A DNA stretch of 64,000 nucleotides from Diplonema japonicum (Eukaryota; Protista; Euglenozoa: Diplonemea), in assembly GCA_964019335.1 (NCBI GenBank), contig OZ025671.1:558001-622000 (forward strand), written 5' to 3'. Shown here piece by piece: positions 43,163 through 54,513 of this stretch (position 1 is the stretch's first letter; each line of letters begins with the position of its first letter). Position numbers and translations under genes: made by a program. Under the pieces are notes generated by a model. It was not told the origin of the DNA, did no database searches, and worked only from the letters and a program-made list of their open reading frames with translations.

Positions 43163-44456
43163 ACATTTAGAAAAAAAAAAGAAAAAAAAGGGAATGTCCA
43201 GCTGACCACGTGTAAAGTCGGTTCTCTAAATAAAACTCAAAGTACAGGACAAGCCCCCCGCTAGAGGGCCGCCCTAATAAAAAAGAAAGTCTACGACACC
43301 CCTCGTATCGACACTGTGTTCCTCGAAGGCTGCTCCCACTGCGTCCACCTTTTTTTATGTGCCTGCCACCACCGCACTGCGTGCACGTTTTCCACAGTTG
43401 TGTAATCGGGTTTTTTCTTCTTCTCGATCGGCATGGGGGGGGGTTTTTTTTTGTTTATCCCTTCTTATGTTATCGTTGGGGAGGGGTGGAGCAGACAAAT
43501 AGAGGGGAAAAAAAAAAAAAAAAACTAATAGTGAGAGGGACAGAGACACAGAGAGGGACCGACATAAACAGAAATCAAAAAAAGTTTTTTTTTTTTGCAA
43601 GAAATTGAGTCTCTGACTTTTGTGACATCTAAACATCAAGGAACGACGACTGCGTTGGGTCAACCCCACCCCACGGGGTTCTAACCGGCTGTACGACAGT
43701 GACCGATTCTTTTTTTTTTTTTTTTTTTTTGAGCTCGCTCCGTACTCGATTTTTTTGTTTCCTTTTTCTTTTTCTTTTTTGCCTTCAATTATTATATTTC
43801 ATTCTAGTTCCTCGTCAAAGGACAGCAAATGGAGAGAGAAAGCAAGACTACCGCATACACACAAAAAAGGGGGGGGGGGGCTCTATTTTTTTTAAATTAT
43901 TTTGTTTCTTCTTGTATTTTGACCTTCGGTGTTCCCCTCTTCTTCGCTATTTGCTGAACGAATCACAGGGAGAAACAACCATTCCTGTTGCTCCCACCAA
44001 CCTCCCTGTGTGGGCACGCGCCCGACCCTTTCCTCCCAACATCCTCCGAGCGAGATTGATTGCCACACACAAGGGGATCAAGGAACAACTATCACTGCCA
44101 ACCACTGTTGGTTTTTAAAAGAAAAAGAAAAAAAATGGGAGGTGGGGGTACAACAAAACTGATCAGTTTGACTACAGCTACAGCCACCCAGCCGTCATTC
44201 AAGGTGCAGGGGTACTCAAGGTGCAGGGGTTCCTAGTTGAAAAAGGTGCACATGCCACTATTTTAGGTTTTCTCTTCTTCTTTTCTTCCTAGGATACCAC
44301 ATAAAAAAAAGGGGGAGAGGGGAAGTGGAGGAAGGGATTTATCTATTTTACCACAATTTTTTTTTTTCAAATTGCTTCTTAGTATTTTGCCAGCGTGTCG
44401 GCCACACCGCTCGCTCGGGATCGTATGTGTTAGTCAGACTAAAGGTGGAACGGATG

Positions 44457-46898
44457 CTACAGCACCCCGTCCCAATCAGGAAGCGGAGGGGGCCCGCGCC
44501 TCCTGGAAGGCGGAGTGATAGAAGTAGAGGAGGGGGTGCCGGCTTGGGGTTCCCACATGCCACCTTGGGAGTAGCCAGGAACGATGCCATTCGCAGCCCT
44601 GCTGCTCTGCGGCGTGCGCCTGGGGGGGAGTGGCATCCTTGAAGGTGTCCTCGTCCCTGTTGTAGCTGCTGTGCTGGCATTGGCTGTTGAAGTGATGGTG
44701 ATCTCTGTTTCACCTTGCGGTGGCAGCGGCGTCGAGTTGAAGGACTTCGACACCCGTGCGCTCCCTGTCTCGGGCCACCCCGACCCGAAGTCAATGTCGA
44801 CCGACGAGTCAGTGCTCGTGCCGTCGGTCGACGTCTCCTCCGTGTCCCCCTCGTCCTCCACGAAACCTTCCGCAGGCTGGTCCCAGTTCCCCAGGCTCTG
44901 CAACTCCTTCTCCACATTATTCTTCCACTCCTTGATGGGGTCGTACTTCTTCGACACGATCTCGTCCCTGATCTTCGCCTGCTCCATCATGAAGTGTAGC
45001 TGTTCCACACGTCCAGCGAACCCCGGCCTTTTGTGCAGCTTCTCCTGCTCAATGAGGAGCTTCAGGTAGTCCACGAACCTAAGGTTGGTCGGCCTCAGCG
45101 CGATTTCATCCAGCTTGGAGTGCGCCTTGTGGATGGACGTCATCAGCTCGTGCACCTTGTCGTAGACTTCCTGCAGCTCGCCTAGAATGTTGCTCTTGAG
45201 GGCTTCACTCTTCGTCAGGCCGTCCTTAGCTGCTGTGAGTTGGAGTTTTTTGGTATCGTAGGTCCTCTTCACCACCTGTGTGGACCACTCGAAGTAGTAG
45301 TCGAGGTTGGCATGGTCCGACCAATGGCAGTTGTCGGGGCACACGGTGCAGTTGCCTTCCGTGTCCATCGCACAGCAGTACTGCTTGTCGTCATCGTTAG
45401 ACCGTGTGCAGTCGTGGTGGCAGTTGTAAGAGCACTTCAGGCACTGTGTGTTGTAGGTACCAGGCGGCTTCAGCATCCTCTCCACCTTGGGCATCGTTTC
45501 GTGGTAAGAGTAGTCCTTGTTCTCGTTGATCTTGTCCCTGTTTACTTTGATATCATCTAAGATCCTCTTCAAGTTGTCTATCTTGGACAGCCCTATCGTC
45601 ACCTGCGGTGTGATCGACGCTACGTAGTTCTGCAGTTTCTTTTGTGTTGCGATAACGTCCTTCGTCTTCGACAGGTTGAAGGGCTCCTTTGCCGACAGAG
45701 ACGAGAAGAACTTTTCCAGAGAGTGCACACCCATCATCCAAAAGTTTCGGCTGTACTCATTGCGGTCCTCACCTTTTGCGAAGAGGGCCGAGTTGTTGAA
45801 ATGGAAACAGCAGTCCTCTTTGTATGGGAACCCCGACGCCTTGATGGCGTTCAAGACTTGCGCACGCTTGCCGTCCGCAAATGTGATCAGTAGGTAGATG
45901 TTGAAGGCGGCGTCGGAGCCGAACATGGTGAGCACCTTGTTGATGATGTACTGCTGCGTGACGGTTAGCCTAGGAAGGGAAGCGGCAGCCACGAAGCAGA
46001 CGCCATGGATTTCTTCCTCCTTTTGGAGGAACTCGTAGATGTCCTTTGTGATGAGCTCGTCCCGTTCAACACCGCTGGTGTCACCGAAGCCAGGGGTGTC
46101 GATGAGGCGCAGTGTGTACGAGAACTTCTCGCACCACACGTGGTACGAGTGCACATTCTGTGTCTGAGAGAAGGCCTGGTCCCGTGCCGGCTCCTGCACA
46201 AGCCGGTACCGCACAGGATTGCTGTACTCAACACCAGCAGCGTAGTTCGCCATCGCGTTGATGAGGGTAGACTTCCCGCTGCCTGTCTCACCGATCAGCA
46301 ACAGCGTGCGCATTCTGTCTTGCATCTTTACACCCGACGGCAGCTTCACCTTCTCAATGTCGTAAGGCTTCTCCGCAAAGTCAAAGTCGCGGTCGTCCTT
46401 CTCTTCCTTTACCGGAACTTGCGAGGGAAGCGGCGGTGGTGGTGGTGGCGGAGGAGGCGGCGGAGGCGGTGCCTGTTTTTTAGCAGATTTCTTTTGAACC
46501 TCCTTAATATCCGGGGGCACGTATGCGTTCCCCCCCATCGCAGGCTTCAGGAGGTTGTTCTCCCCATGCAACGATGTTGTCGTCTCTGCCGGTAATGACT
46601 TCTTCGCTGCCGCCGTCTCCTCCTTCTGCCGCTCAAGTTTTTCCCGCAGTTCTTCCGCTTCCTTTTCCCGCTCTTGTTTTTCTTTTGCTATCTCTTCCAT
46701 TTCCTTCCCGCGCACCTCCTGGTCTTTAGTTTTGTCCTGCTGCTGCTGTTGTATCATCTTGGTCAACTCCAAGACTTGCTTCTGCAGCTCCGTGACAGTG
46801 TCATCCGGAGGTGGTGCCTTTATCTCTTCCAGGGGATTCGTTTGTTGTTCCTCCTTCGCCTCTTCTTTATCTTCCGGCTTCGCAGCACAGCACCCCAT
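44457..46898 (-). CDS. Septin/AIG1-related P-loop GTPase with Cys-rich domain
   Basis: GETGSGKST, LIDTPGFGDT, FHFNNSALF, CxxC..CH..C..CC..C..CP..C.W..H; N-terminal MGCC acylation motif. Confidence 0.85.
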   Translation of the reverse strand: MGCCAAKPEDKEEAKEEQQTNPLEEIKAPPPDDTVTELQKQVLELTKMIQQQQQDKTKDQEVRGKEMEEIAKEKQEREKEAEELREKLERQKEETAAAKKSLPAETTTSLHGENNLLKPAMGGNAYVPPDIKEVQKKSAKKQAPPPPPPPPPPPPPLPSQVPVKEEKDDRDFDFAEKPYDIEKVKLPSGVKMQDRMRTLLLIGETGSGKSTLINAMANYAAGVEYSNPVRYRLVQEPARDQAFSQTQNVHSYHVWCEKFSYTLRLIDTPGFGDTSGVERDELITKDIYEFLQKEEEIHGVCFVAAASLPRLTVTQQYIINKVLTMFGSDAAFNIYLLITFADGKRAQVLNAIKASGFPYKEDCCFHFNNSALFAKGEDRNEYSRNFWMMGVHSLEKFFSSLSAKEPFNLSKTKDVIATQKKLQNYVASITPQVTIGLSKIDNLKRILDDIKVNRDKINENKDYSYHETMPKVERMLKPPGTYNTQCLKCSYNCHHDCTRSNDDDKQYCCAMDTEGNCTVCPDNCHWSDHANLDYYFEWSTQVVKRTYDTKKLQLTAAKDGLTKSEALKSNILGELQEVYDKVHELMTSIHKAHSKLDEIALRPTNLRFVDYLKLLIEQEKLHKRPGFAGRVEQLHFMMEQAKIRDEIVSKKYDPIKEWKNNVEKELQSLGNWDQPAEGFVEDEGDTEETSTDGTSTDSSVDIDFGSGWPETGSARVSKSFNSTPLPPQGETEITITSTANASTAATTGTRTPSRMPLPPRRTPQSSRAANGIVPGYSQGGMWEPQAGTPSSTSITPPSRRRGPPPLPDWDGVL

Positions 46899-46992
46899 AT
46901 CCACCTGTATGTGTCTTGATGTTGTATAGAAATAAAATATTGATATTGCCGGACTACTGAAGCAACACCGAGAACACTATTTGAACGCTTTC

Positions 46993-48213
46993 CTACACCT
47001 TCTCCACCTTCTCCACACGGAACTGCATTGTAACTGCATTGCTTGAGCAGGTAACTACGAGGTCCAGCAGGTCGCCCTTCTCGACAACGATGGGGACGGG
47101 TGTTGCTCCGTTGTGCTTCAAATCCTCGACAAGCTGAATGCCCTGTCCCCAGTGCATGTCCCGAGGAAGGTTGTCCACAGTGGCTGCAGGGTGGGTGGAG
47201 ATCTTCTCTGCGCCCCCCGAGTACGCCTCCCACGAGGCCATCACGGCGTGCACGGTGCCCGACTCTTTCACTTCCACGCGATGCCGTGCTTCAGGCACCT
47301 TCTTGGAGGTATCTTTCTCGAAATCCACAGCGAGCACCGGGATGGGGTCTGTCAGCATTGTGTGCTTCACGCTGCTGAACCTGAAGCCATGCACCTTCGA
47401 GAAGACCAGAGAAGAGGTGTCCTGCAATGCGTTGAAGGGAGTGAGGTCGATGCCGTTCCAGGACCTAGCAGACGTCAGGGACACCAGATCGGGGGAGTCA
47501 ACCAGCTGTGCAAACTGGCATGCCCTCTGCGGGACAACAACGCCGCCTTCTTTGATGAAGTTCTCACGCGCGTCGGAGATGTAGGACATGGCGCTCTCGG
47601 ACAGGAGGAGCGTGCCGAACAGCTCGGACAGCAAGACATCAGCCTTCTCACCGCCGATCTGTTCGAGGGTGATCTCGTTGGACATGCCGTGCACAATGGT
47701 GACGCGGTCCTCGTGGCCATTGAGCTTCACGATCTGCCGTGCGAGCTTCACAAGCTGCGGGTTGGCTTCTATAGCGGTGACCCTCTTGGCGCCAAGCTGC
47801 GCGGCGATGCATGTCAGGATGCCGGAGCCAGCTCCTATCTCGAGGCAGGTGGTCACACCAGGTGTGATGACAGCCTTCAGCGCGTTGAGGTAGTGCTCGT
47901 TCCTCGGGTGGTCATTCAGCATAGCGTAGTGCCAGTCGTTCACCGTCCCGATGAAGTCTTCACACTTGTCTCGCAGCCGCAAGGGGACGTAGAACTGCTT
48001 CTCGAAACAGTCGCCGAAGTTCGTCTTCTTCTTCCTGTTCCCACCACCGGTGGGCACGTACGGTTGCTCTGTAGTGACAGTTTTGTGCGTCACTGTAGGG
48101 CCCTCGTGCTTTGCGGAGTTCCAGGCTTTCAGATCACCATAGAACTTTGAAAACTCATCACGTGTGTACAGCTTACCGTCGCTGTCGTAGCGCCTTTCCT
48201 TCTTCTTTGGCAT
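46993..48213 (-). CDS. PRMT7: Protein arginine methyltransferase, PRMT7-like
   Basis: MLNDHPRN, LEIGAGSG, double-E loop SELFGTLLLSE, MHW loop. Confidence 0.82.
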   Translation of the reverse strand: MPKKKERRYDSDGKLYTRDEFSKFYGDLKAWNSAKHEGPTVTHKTVTTEQPYVPTGGGNRKKKTNFGDCFEKQFYVPLRLRDKCEDFIGTVNDWHYAMLNDHPRNEHYLNALKAVITPGVTTCLEIGAGSGILTCIAAQLGAKRVTAIEANPQLVKLARQIVKLNGHEDRVTIVHGMSNEITLEQIGGEKADVLLSELFGTLLLSESAMSYISDARENFIKEGGVVVPQRACQFAQLVDSPDLVSLTSARSWNGIDLTPFNALQDTSSLVFSKVHGFRFSSVKHTMLTDPIPVLAVDFEKDTSKKVPEARHRVEVKESGTVHAVMASWEAYSGGAEKISTHPAATVDNLPRDMHWGQGIQLVEDLKHNGATPVPIVVEKGDLLDLVVTCSSNAVTMQFRVEKVEKV

Positions 48214-49379
48214 CTCTCCTTCTCTTACCTACGTGTGTAATGTAAAAGATTGACCATAGAAAGAAAAAAAAAGAAAAGAGAAAGAAAAAAGAAAAAAACA
48301 GAACGGGAAAAAAAAATCGTGTGTTACAGGCGCGAAACAGGCTTCCTTTGGGGGTCCTACTTGCCTGGGGAGGGGGCGTGGGCAGCACGCATAACAAAAA
48401 GGGGGCAGAAGCCCCAGTACACACCGACACCGTCTTTTCCTTCTATTCTTACCATGTTCGGAGCAACCCATCAGTTTTTTTTTTTTTTTTCCCCCTTTTT
48501 TTTCTCTCCTTTTTTTTTTTCTTCGTTTTCGTTTTTTGTTCCTTGTTTCCCCCTTCCCTTTTTTTCTCGTTGAATATTTGGTTGTGTGACCTTTTCTTTT
48601 TTCCTGCTTCGGTGATATGGTCACCCCCCCCCCCCCCCCCCCTCTTGTTTCCTTTGTCTAAATCGTTGGTTTTTTTTCTCTTTCTTCTTTCTCCCTCTCT
48701 TATATTTTCTTCTTTTAGAAACGTTCGCATGGTGGGAATGCCGTATTTTTTAATCAGTTGTGAAAGTACCAAAAAAAAAGGGTAAAAGAGAAAAAGAATG
48801 GAAAAATAAATAATAACCCGAGTCGTCAATATGGTGGGGGGGGGGGGGGATAAGAAACTGCCGGAGAGAAGTGTTCACCAGGTAAATGCCATAAAACCTC
48901 CACAGCAAAATTTTAAAAAAAAAGGGGGGGCCAACAAACGTTTAGGATGGAAAAGGAGAAATGCCCCTTAAAGGGGAAGTGGAGGAGGGAAAGACTGCTG
49001 GAAAAGAAATGTAGAAGAAGGGAGAAAAAAAAAAAAAAAAAAAAAAAAAAAACACCATATTTAGTTCACCTTTCTTTTTTTCTTTCATTTCGTTTAAAAC
49101 GGCTAAAAGTTTTAAAAATATTGTGTTCCCATACATGACTGCGTGCCAACCTCAAACTGACACACCAACACAAATAAGAAAGGAAGGGGGAAAAAAAAAG
49201 AAAAAAAAAGAGAAAAAAAAAAGAAAAAAAAAAAGAACAAGTGCGGACAACTTAACCCTTAAACCGGCTAGCCAAAGTAAGGAGGGCGGATGGGAGGGAC
49301 TTTTATTTTTTTTTTCGTTTCTCTTATTTTCTTCTTACACTTTTTTTCCCCCCTTTTTTTTATCACCCCCCCCCCTTCT

Positions 49380-51011
49380 TCACGGACTGAGCTCATTCCC
49401 TGATATAATTCGCTGGAAATGAGAACTTGCGGTAGAGGAAATCTCTACCAGATACGCAGTCGTGTTAAAGATAAGGGGAGGGGGCCACAGGTCGAGGGCA
49501 CGGACACGTTCGGAGTCAATGGCAACGAAGGAAGAGACATTGTGGATGACACGGTAGCCTTTGGAGGTGTAGTTGCCAGGCTCGAAGGTGATGTGGAAGT
49601 CAAACGGCTTCCCTGTCGCAGTGTTGGTCCGATAGGGGGTTTTGTCATATGACCATGCACCGCAGTAGTTCTTCTGAAACCGTGTGATGCCCTCCATAGA
49701 AGGTCCGGTGTCGACGTGCACGGCACCACCCAAGGGACGGGCTGCCTGCAGCGCCGACAGCGCAGCACCTCCAGGGTAGTTCTCCTTCGAGACATATAGC
49801 AAACACACACTGACACAAGCACACGCTGCACCCGCTCCGAGAATCCCCATCAACATCAACCCCCTGCGCCACCCTGTCGCCCCGTACCACACCTTCGACA
49901 GCAATGCAGCCACCGCAACATTGACAATGGGTAGCATGTAAAAGATAAACCTCAGCTCCTTATGAGGCAGCACCGAGTACAGTGCCACGAATGCAATGCC
50001 GCTTATGGTGATGACACGCAGCCTTGCGACCCCCCACACGGCTAACGGGAACAACGGGTACACAGCAAGCAACGACTTCAGCAACGCAACCTTGAAATAC
50101 CAGTCCCAAGGAAGGACACCCCAATCGCTGGATTTGTTCAGAACAGTGTTGAAGTACAGAACCTCGCCCTCTGGCCAGACGAGGCGGCCCCAGAAGATGG
50201 AATCGACTATAGTGCTGATGATGATGGTAGAGATGCCTTGCCGTATCCCGAGCAGGCACGTCGCGAAAAACGGCACCCGCTGCGTTACAAGGTACCCCAA
50301 AAGAAGAGGAGCTATCAAAACAAGAAGGTCAGCACGGAAGACAAGACATGCTGATGTGAGGATTTTGAAAGCGGTGTGAGCATTGGACACTGCAGCTTGC
50401 TTGACAGGCTGTGCCTCGGCTCGTAGAAGGAGCGCGAGGGCAGGGAGGAAGAGTACCATCGCAAACGAGTTAGGCAGCAGCCTTGAAGCATAGAAGAGCT
50501 GATGGAACTGAACACACGTTGCGAGCAAGAAGAACGTTTTACACGCCTTACCGAACAGCTTGCTCGCCTCCCTCCCTACCCAGATCAGACCAAAACAGTG
50601 GATCAACCCAAGTACTCCTCTTGTTATGTACAAAGCATGCAAGCGATCGCATGGTGTTTGTAAATAATACTCTGAAGCTTTGATTAAAGGAGCCGAGACA
50701 CCTGCTAGGCACAACGGTCCTAAAAAGGATCTGGGTACTACCCCAGGGTAGGTAAGATGGTCAAATGTGGTGAGGTTTCTTAAGTACAGAACATCATGGG
50801 TTGCCTGCATGTTGAAGCTTTCCTCGACCTTTGTGAAGGGGCAGGTTGCAATGTATCCCAGCGTAACTATTATGGGAATTAGTTCCACAAACCCGAACCC
50901 TGGCTCCGCATTGGGGTGGTGCGGTGGATCGTTCTTCGCTTTAGTGGTTTGTACTCGGATTGGTTCTGTAAGTTGCTCTTGTTGGTGCTGTTGCCCTCTT
51001 TTCCTTCCCAT
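49380..51011 (-). CDS. ALG12: Dol-P-Man alpha-1,6-mannosyltransferase
   Basis: PFTKVEESFNMQATHD, PGVVPRSFLGP, LPHKELRF; multiple transmembrane segments. Confidence 0.92.
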   Translation of the reverse strand: MGRKRGQQHQQEQLTEPIRVQTTKAKNDPPHHPNAEPGFGFVELIPIIVTLGYIATCPFTKVEESFNMQATHDVLYLRNLTTFDHLTYPGVVPRSFLGPLCLAGVSAPLIKASEYYLQTPCDRLHALYITRGVLGLIHCFGLIWVGREASKLFGKACKTFFLLATCVQFHQLFYASRLLPNSFAMVLFLPALALLLRAEAQPVKQAAVSNAHTAFKILTSACLVFRADLLVLIAPLLLGYLVTQRVPFFATCLLGIRQGISTIIISTIVDSIFWGRLVWPEGEVLYFNTVLNKSSDWGVLPWDWYFKVALLKSLLAVYPLFPLAVWGVARLRVITISGIAFVALYSVLPHKELRFIFYMLPIVNVAVAALLSKVWYGATGWRRGLMLMGILGAGAACACVSVCLLYVSKENYPGGAALSALQAARPLGGAVHVDTGPSMEGITRFQKNYCGAWSYDKTPYRTNTATGKPFDFHITFEPGNYTSKGYRVIHNVSSFVAIDSERVRALDLWPPPLIFNTTAYLVEISSTASSHFQRIISGNELSP

Positions 51012-52986
51012 TTTTTTTTGTCTCCCTTCCCCCCCTCCTTCTTTTTATTTTTGCTTTACCCTCCTTTTTTGTTAATTCTTTTTTAAAAAAAAATAGGAAG
51101 AAAAAAAAAAGGATGAAAGGAGAGAAGGAAAAAAAAAAAAAAAAAAGGTGGTAAAAAAAAATTTTTTTTCTCTTCTTTAATGTAGCTGGAAGACAAGAGG
51201 AGGGGTGGGAAAGAGGGTGAGACAGGAGGGGAGGGAAATTAAAAAAAGATTTGTGTGTGTTAGGTAGCAGCAGATCGTAAAAAGTTTTTCTCCCGGAGAA
51301 GCGAGAAAAGCTCTTATTCTCCAGGGATCTGTGTTTTTTTTTCTTTTTTGGATTGACTTTTCTTTGAGGGGGTCCCCTTCTCTTTCCTTTAACCCCTTCG
51401 CTCCCCCCCCCTTTTTTTTCAATTTCTTTTTAACTTTACTTTTTTTTCCCGTCCCTCCCTTCCATCCCCTTCTTCCTTCCTTTTTTGGTCTAAAAAAAAA
51501 ATCATGAAAAATATTGACCCCCAGCTAAAGGGGTGGGTTTTTTTCTTCTTGACCCCCCCCCCCCCTTTCCCCCTCTTTTCTTCGTTTCTTGTTTTATATT
51601 ATTTTGCCACTGTTTATGTTTTTTTTTTTTCTTCTTCGAAAAGTATAAAAAAAAGAAAGGGGTAAGGAGGGAGGGATAAAAAAAAAAGGGGGATGGAGAC
51701 CGGGAACAACGGGGGATATGAGAAAAAAAAAACAAAGAAAAAGATACAAACGCTCCCCCTTCTTCTTTTTGTAAGTTAGCACACACTCCATTTTTGCTTT
51801 TCCCCCCCCTTTCAGGAAAAGGGAATGGAAAAAAAAAAAAAAAAAAAAGGTGGGAAGCTCAGGGTTGGGTAAGGAACACACTATGTGTTATTTGCCTCTT
51901 TCTCTCTCTCTCTCTTTTCTTTCTTTAACAGTACCCTGTGCAATCGGATTTTTTTCTTCTTTTTTTTTTTCACGCCTTACTCTAAGACCCGGGGCTATAC
52001 AGAGAATGTTAGATTGGCTGAGTTTTTTTTTTTTTTTTTTTTTTTTTGGGCACTTTACACTCGTGGCAAGGTGCTCGGGGTTTTTGGGATTTCTATGGTA
52101 GACCCTTCCCCTTGAAAAGCCACTACTTCCAACATGTTCCCCGGAAAATGGATTTATACCTTTGTTTTCTGTGTCCTCCTAACGGAAGGAGGTCAGACGG
52201 GTTTAGAGATATAGGGCGTTAAAAATGGAACAACAAAAAAAAAGGCAGAAATAAAGTGAAAAGGTATTTTACAAAGGGGGGAAAAATATAGGGGGGGGGA
52301 ACGCCCTCCTTCCTTTTTCCCGACCCCCTTTTCTTCTAAGGGGGAAAAAAAGAATAAAATGGCCCAGTATAATAGAGCGATGGGATATCAAGTGGAAGGG
52401 AAGGGAAGGGGGGGGGGGGTAGAAAAGGAACGGGATAACCAAATGTACGTAAAAAAAAAAAAAAAAAAAAAAAAAAAGGTAGAGAAGAGAGAAAGAGAAC
52501 ACTCTGGAAAAAAAGAAAAAACTCGTTCCCCCTTTTTTTTCAGGAAAATCTTAAAAGAGGGGGGGGGGGGGGGGGGGAAGGCGTAACAAAAAGGGAGAAA
52601 ACAGGAGGGGTGACAGGGAGGGGGAACCAAGGAGAACAAGGGGGGATTAAAAAAAAAGAGAGACTATCATGGGAACGCGGCCTGGTTTCGGTAGTACATC
52701 GAAGAAGAAGGAAGAGAAAAAGAAATAAAGGGGGAGCGGGAAGACTATTCACAAAAAAAAAAAAAGAAAAAAAAAGAAACCATGGGCTTCCCTCTCCCCC
52801 TTTCCCACTTCCAAACAAAGAAAAAAAAAAGGAGGAAAAAAAAAAAACCACCTCTCGCCACCACCCATCTTGGCAACTGCCCACCACCTCTTCCCATGGG
52901 TGAAAAAAAAACCGAAAAAAACAAGGGGGGGGGGGATGGGGGAACCAGGTCTAGAAAAAAAAAAAAAAAATCCGCTATCTCACCCC

Positions 52987-54220
52987 CTAACTACTAGGCG
53001 CCTGCACGTGTGGCGGTATCAGTTTCTCAAGCTGTGCCTGTGAGATGCCCTTCCGCTCATCAGCAGTGAAGTCGAAGAGAGGTGGGAGGGGCTTGCCACC
53101 GGGGAGTTTTGCTTCCTGTATTTTTTTTTTTTTTTCCACCCATTATAATTATCTATATCATACCGGGTCCCTCAATTCATCGAAGAGAGGGTGGCAGCAT
53201 GCATCAAGAGGAGCCACACGTTGCGTTGGGGGGTAACGCAGCATTTTTGTAATGAGGTCGATGGCCTCAGGCGGTGTGTGCATCCTGAAGATTTTGGACC
53301 ACGGGTGGGCCTTGATGGAGGGGAATTTGAAATCTGTGTAGTTCTTGTTCATGGACTCGATCTCCTCTCTGGTCGGCGTGCCCAGGACTTTGATAATTTC
53401 AACCAGTTGATCAACACTTGACTCACCTGGAAACAAAGGCTGGCCTATAAGCAGTTCTGCAAACACACAGCCAAGCGACCACACATCAATAGCTGGCGTG
53501 TAGTCTGTTGCACCGAAAATCAATTCAGGAGCCCTGTAGTACCGCGAGCAGATGTAAGAGACGTTGGGCTCTCCCTATTTTTTTTTTTTCTTTTTTTTTT
53601 TTTTTTCTCCCATGGGTTTACCTTAACTAATTGTTTCGCACTCCCGAAATCGCAAAGCTTCAACACCCCTGCTGTGGGGTCCACCAACAAATTCTGCGGT
53701 TTTATGTCCCGATGACATATGTTCAAACTCGGTCCATGGATGTAGTTCAGCGCCCTGCTCAACTGGTACACAAAAAGCTTCACAAAAACTATCGGCATAA
53801 ACTCCTTGTTCTTCGTGAAGTGCCGTGTGAACCTGTACACGGTATCTGGGACGTATTCCAGCACCAGGTTAAGATACAACTCCTCAGGCTTCTCGCCATT
53901 CGAGTAAAAGCAGTGCTTCATGCAGACGACGTTGCAGTGCGATAGCATGCGCATAATTTGCAGTTCCCTATTTTTATATCTCTTGTCCTGCAGCACTTTC
54001 TTTATGGCAACCATCTCCCCTGTCTCCACCACTTTTGCGAGGAACACGACTCCAAACGATCCATGCCCGATCACACTCTGCGCGCTGTATGAGATCGTCT
54101 TTGGCATGCCGCCCGGGCCCGTGCCCGGAGCTTGAACCTGTTGGTAGATTTTTTTTCCCGAAAAGAACTCCATACTGTTGCGTCGGACGGCTGTACACCA
54201 CCTTCCGGTAACTTGGTCAT
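52987..54220 (-). CDS. GSK3: Glycogen synthase kinase 3, 4 exons (54220-54176, 54137-53622, 53574-53164, 53115-52987)
   Basis: [48 protein letters not shown]; three phase-0 GT-AG introns (38, 47, 48 nt). Confidence 0.95.
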
Positions 54221-54513
54221 TTTTTTTTTCTCTCTCTTTTTTTTTTTTCTTTTTTTTTTCTCCTTTTTTGTTTCCCTCTGCCCTTTTCTCTTGTTACAAA
54301 GGAAGAAGAAGGCCCCCTTTTTTTTTTTATAGGTTTGTATGTGTTTTGGCAGCAATATTCTTGAAATAAAAAAAAAAAAGATGAGAACGGTCCTAGGTAA
54401 ACAAGAACACAATAACTTTCATGTATTAAAAAACAAAAATAGTCTAGAGAAAGAAGGTTAAACATGGGCAGTTGGTGGTAACCACCTGCATAAGTATAAG
54501 GGTTAGGTTCAAC

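Noticed and set aside
16608-49270. Solo TTAACCCT / AGGGTTAA ends (about 16608, 18591, 40353, 49252) as piggyBac termini or telomeric seeds
   Set aside because: No matching partner TIRs and no tandem telomeric arrays.
136-54465. Dozens of poly-Lys/Phe/Gly/Pro ORFs in the ORF track
   Set aside because: They are translations of homopolymer runs, which lack stop codons by composition.
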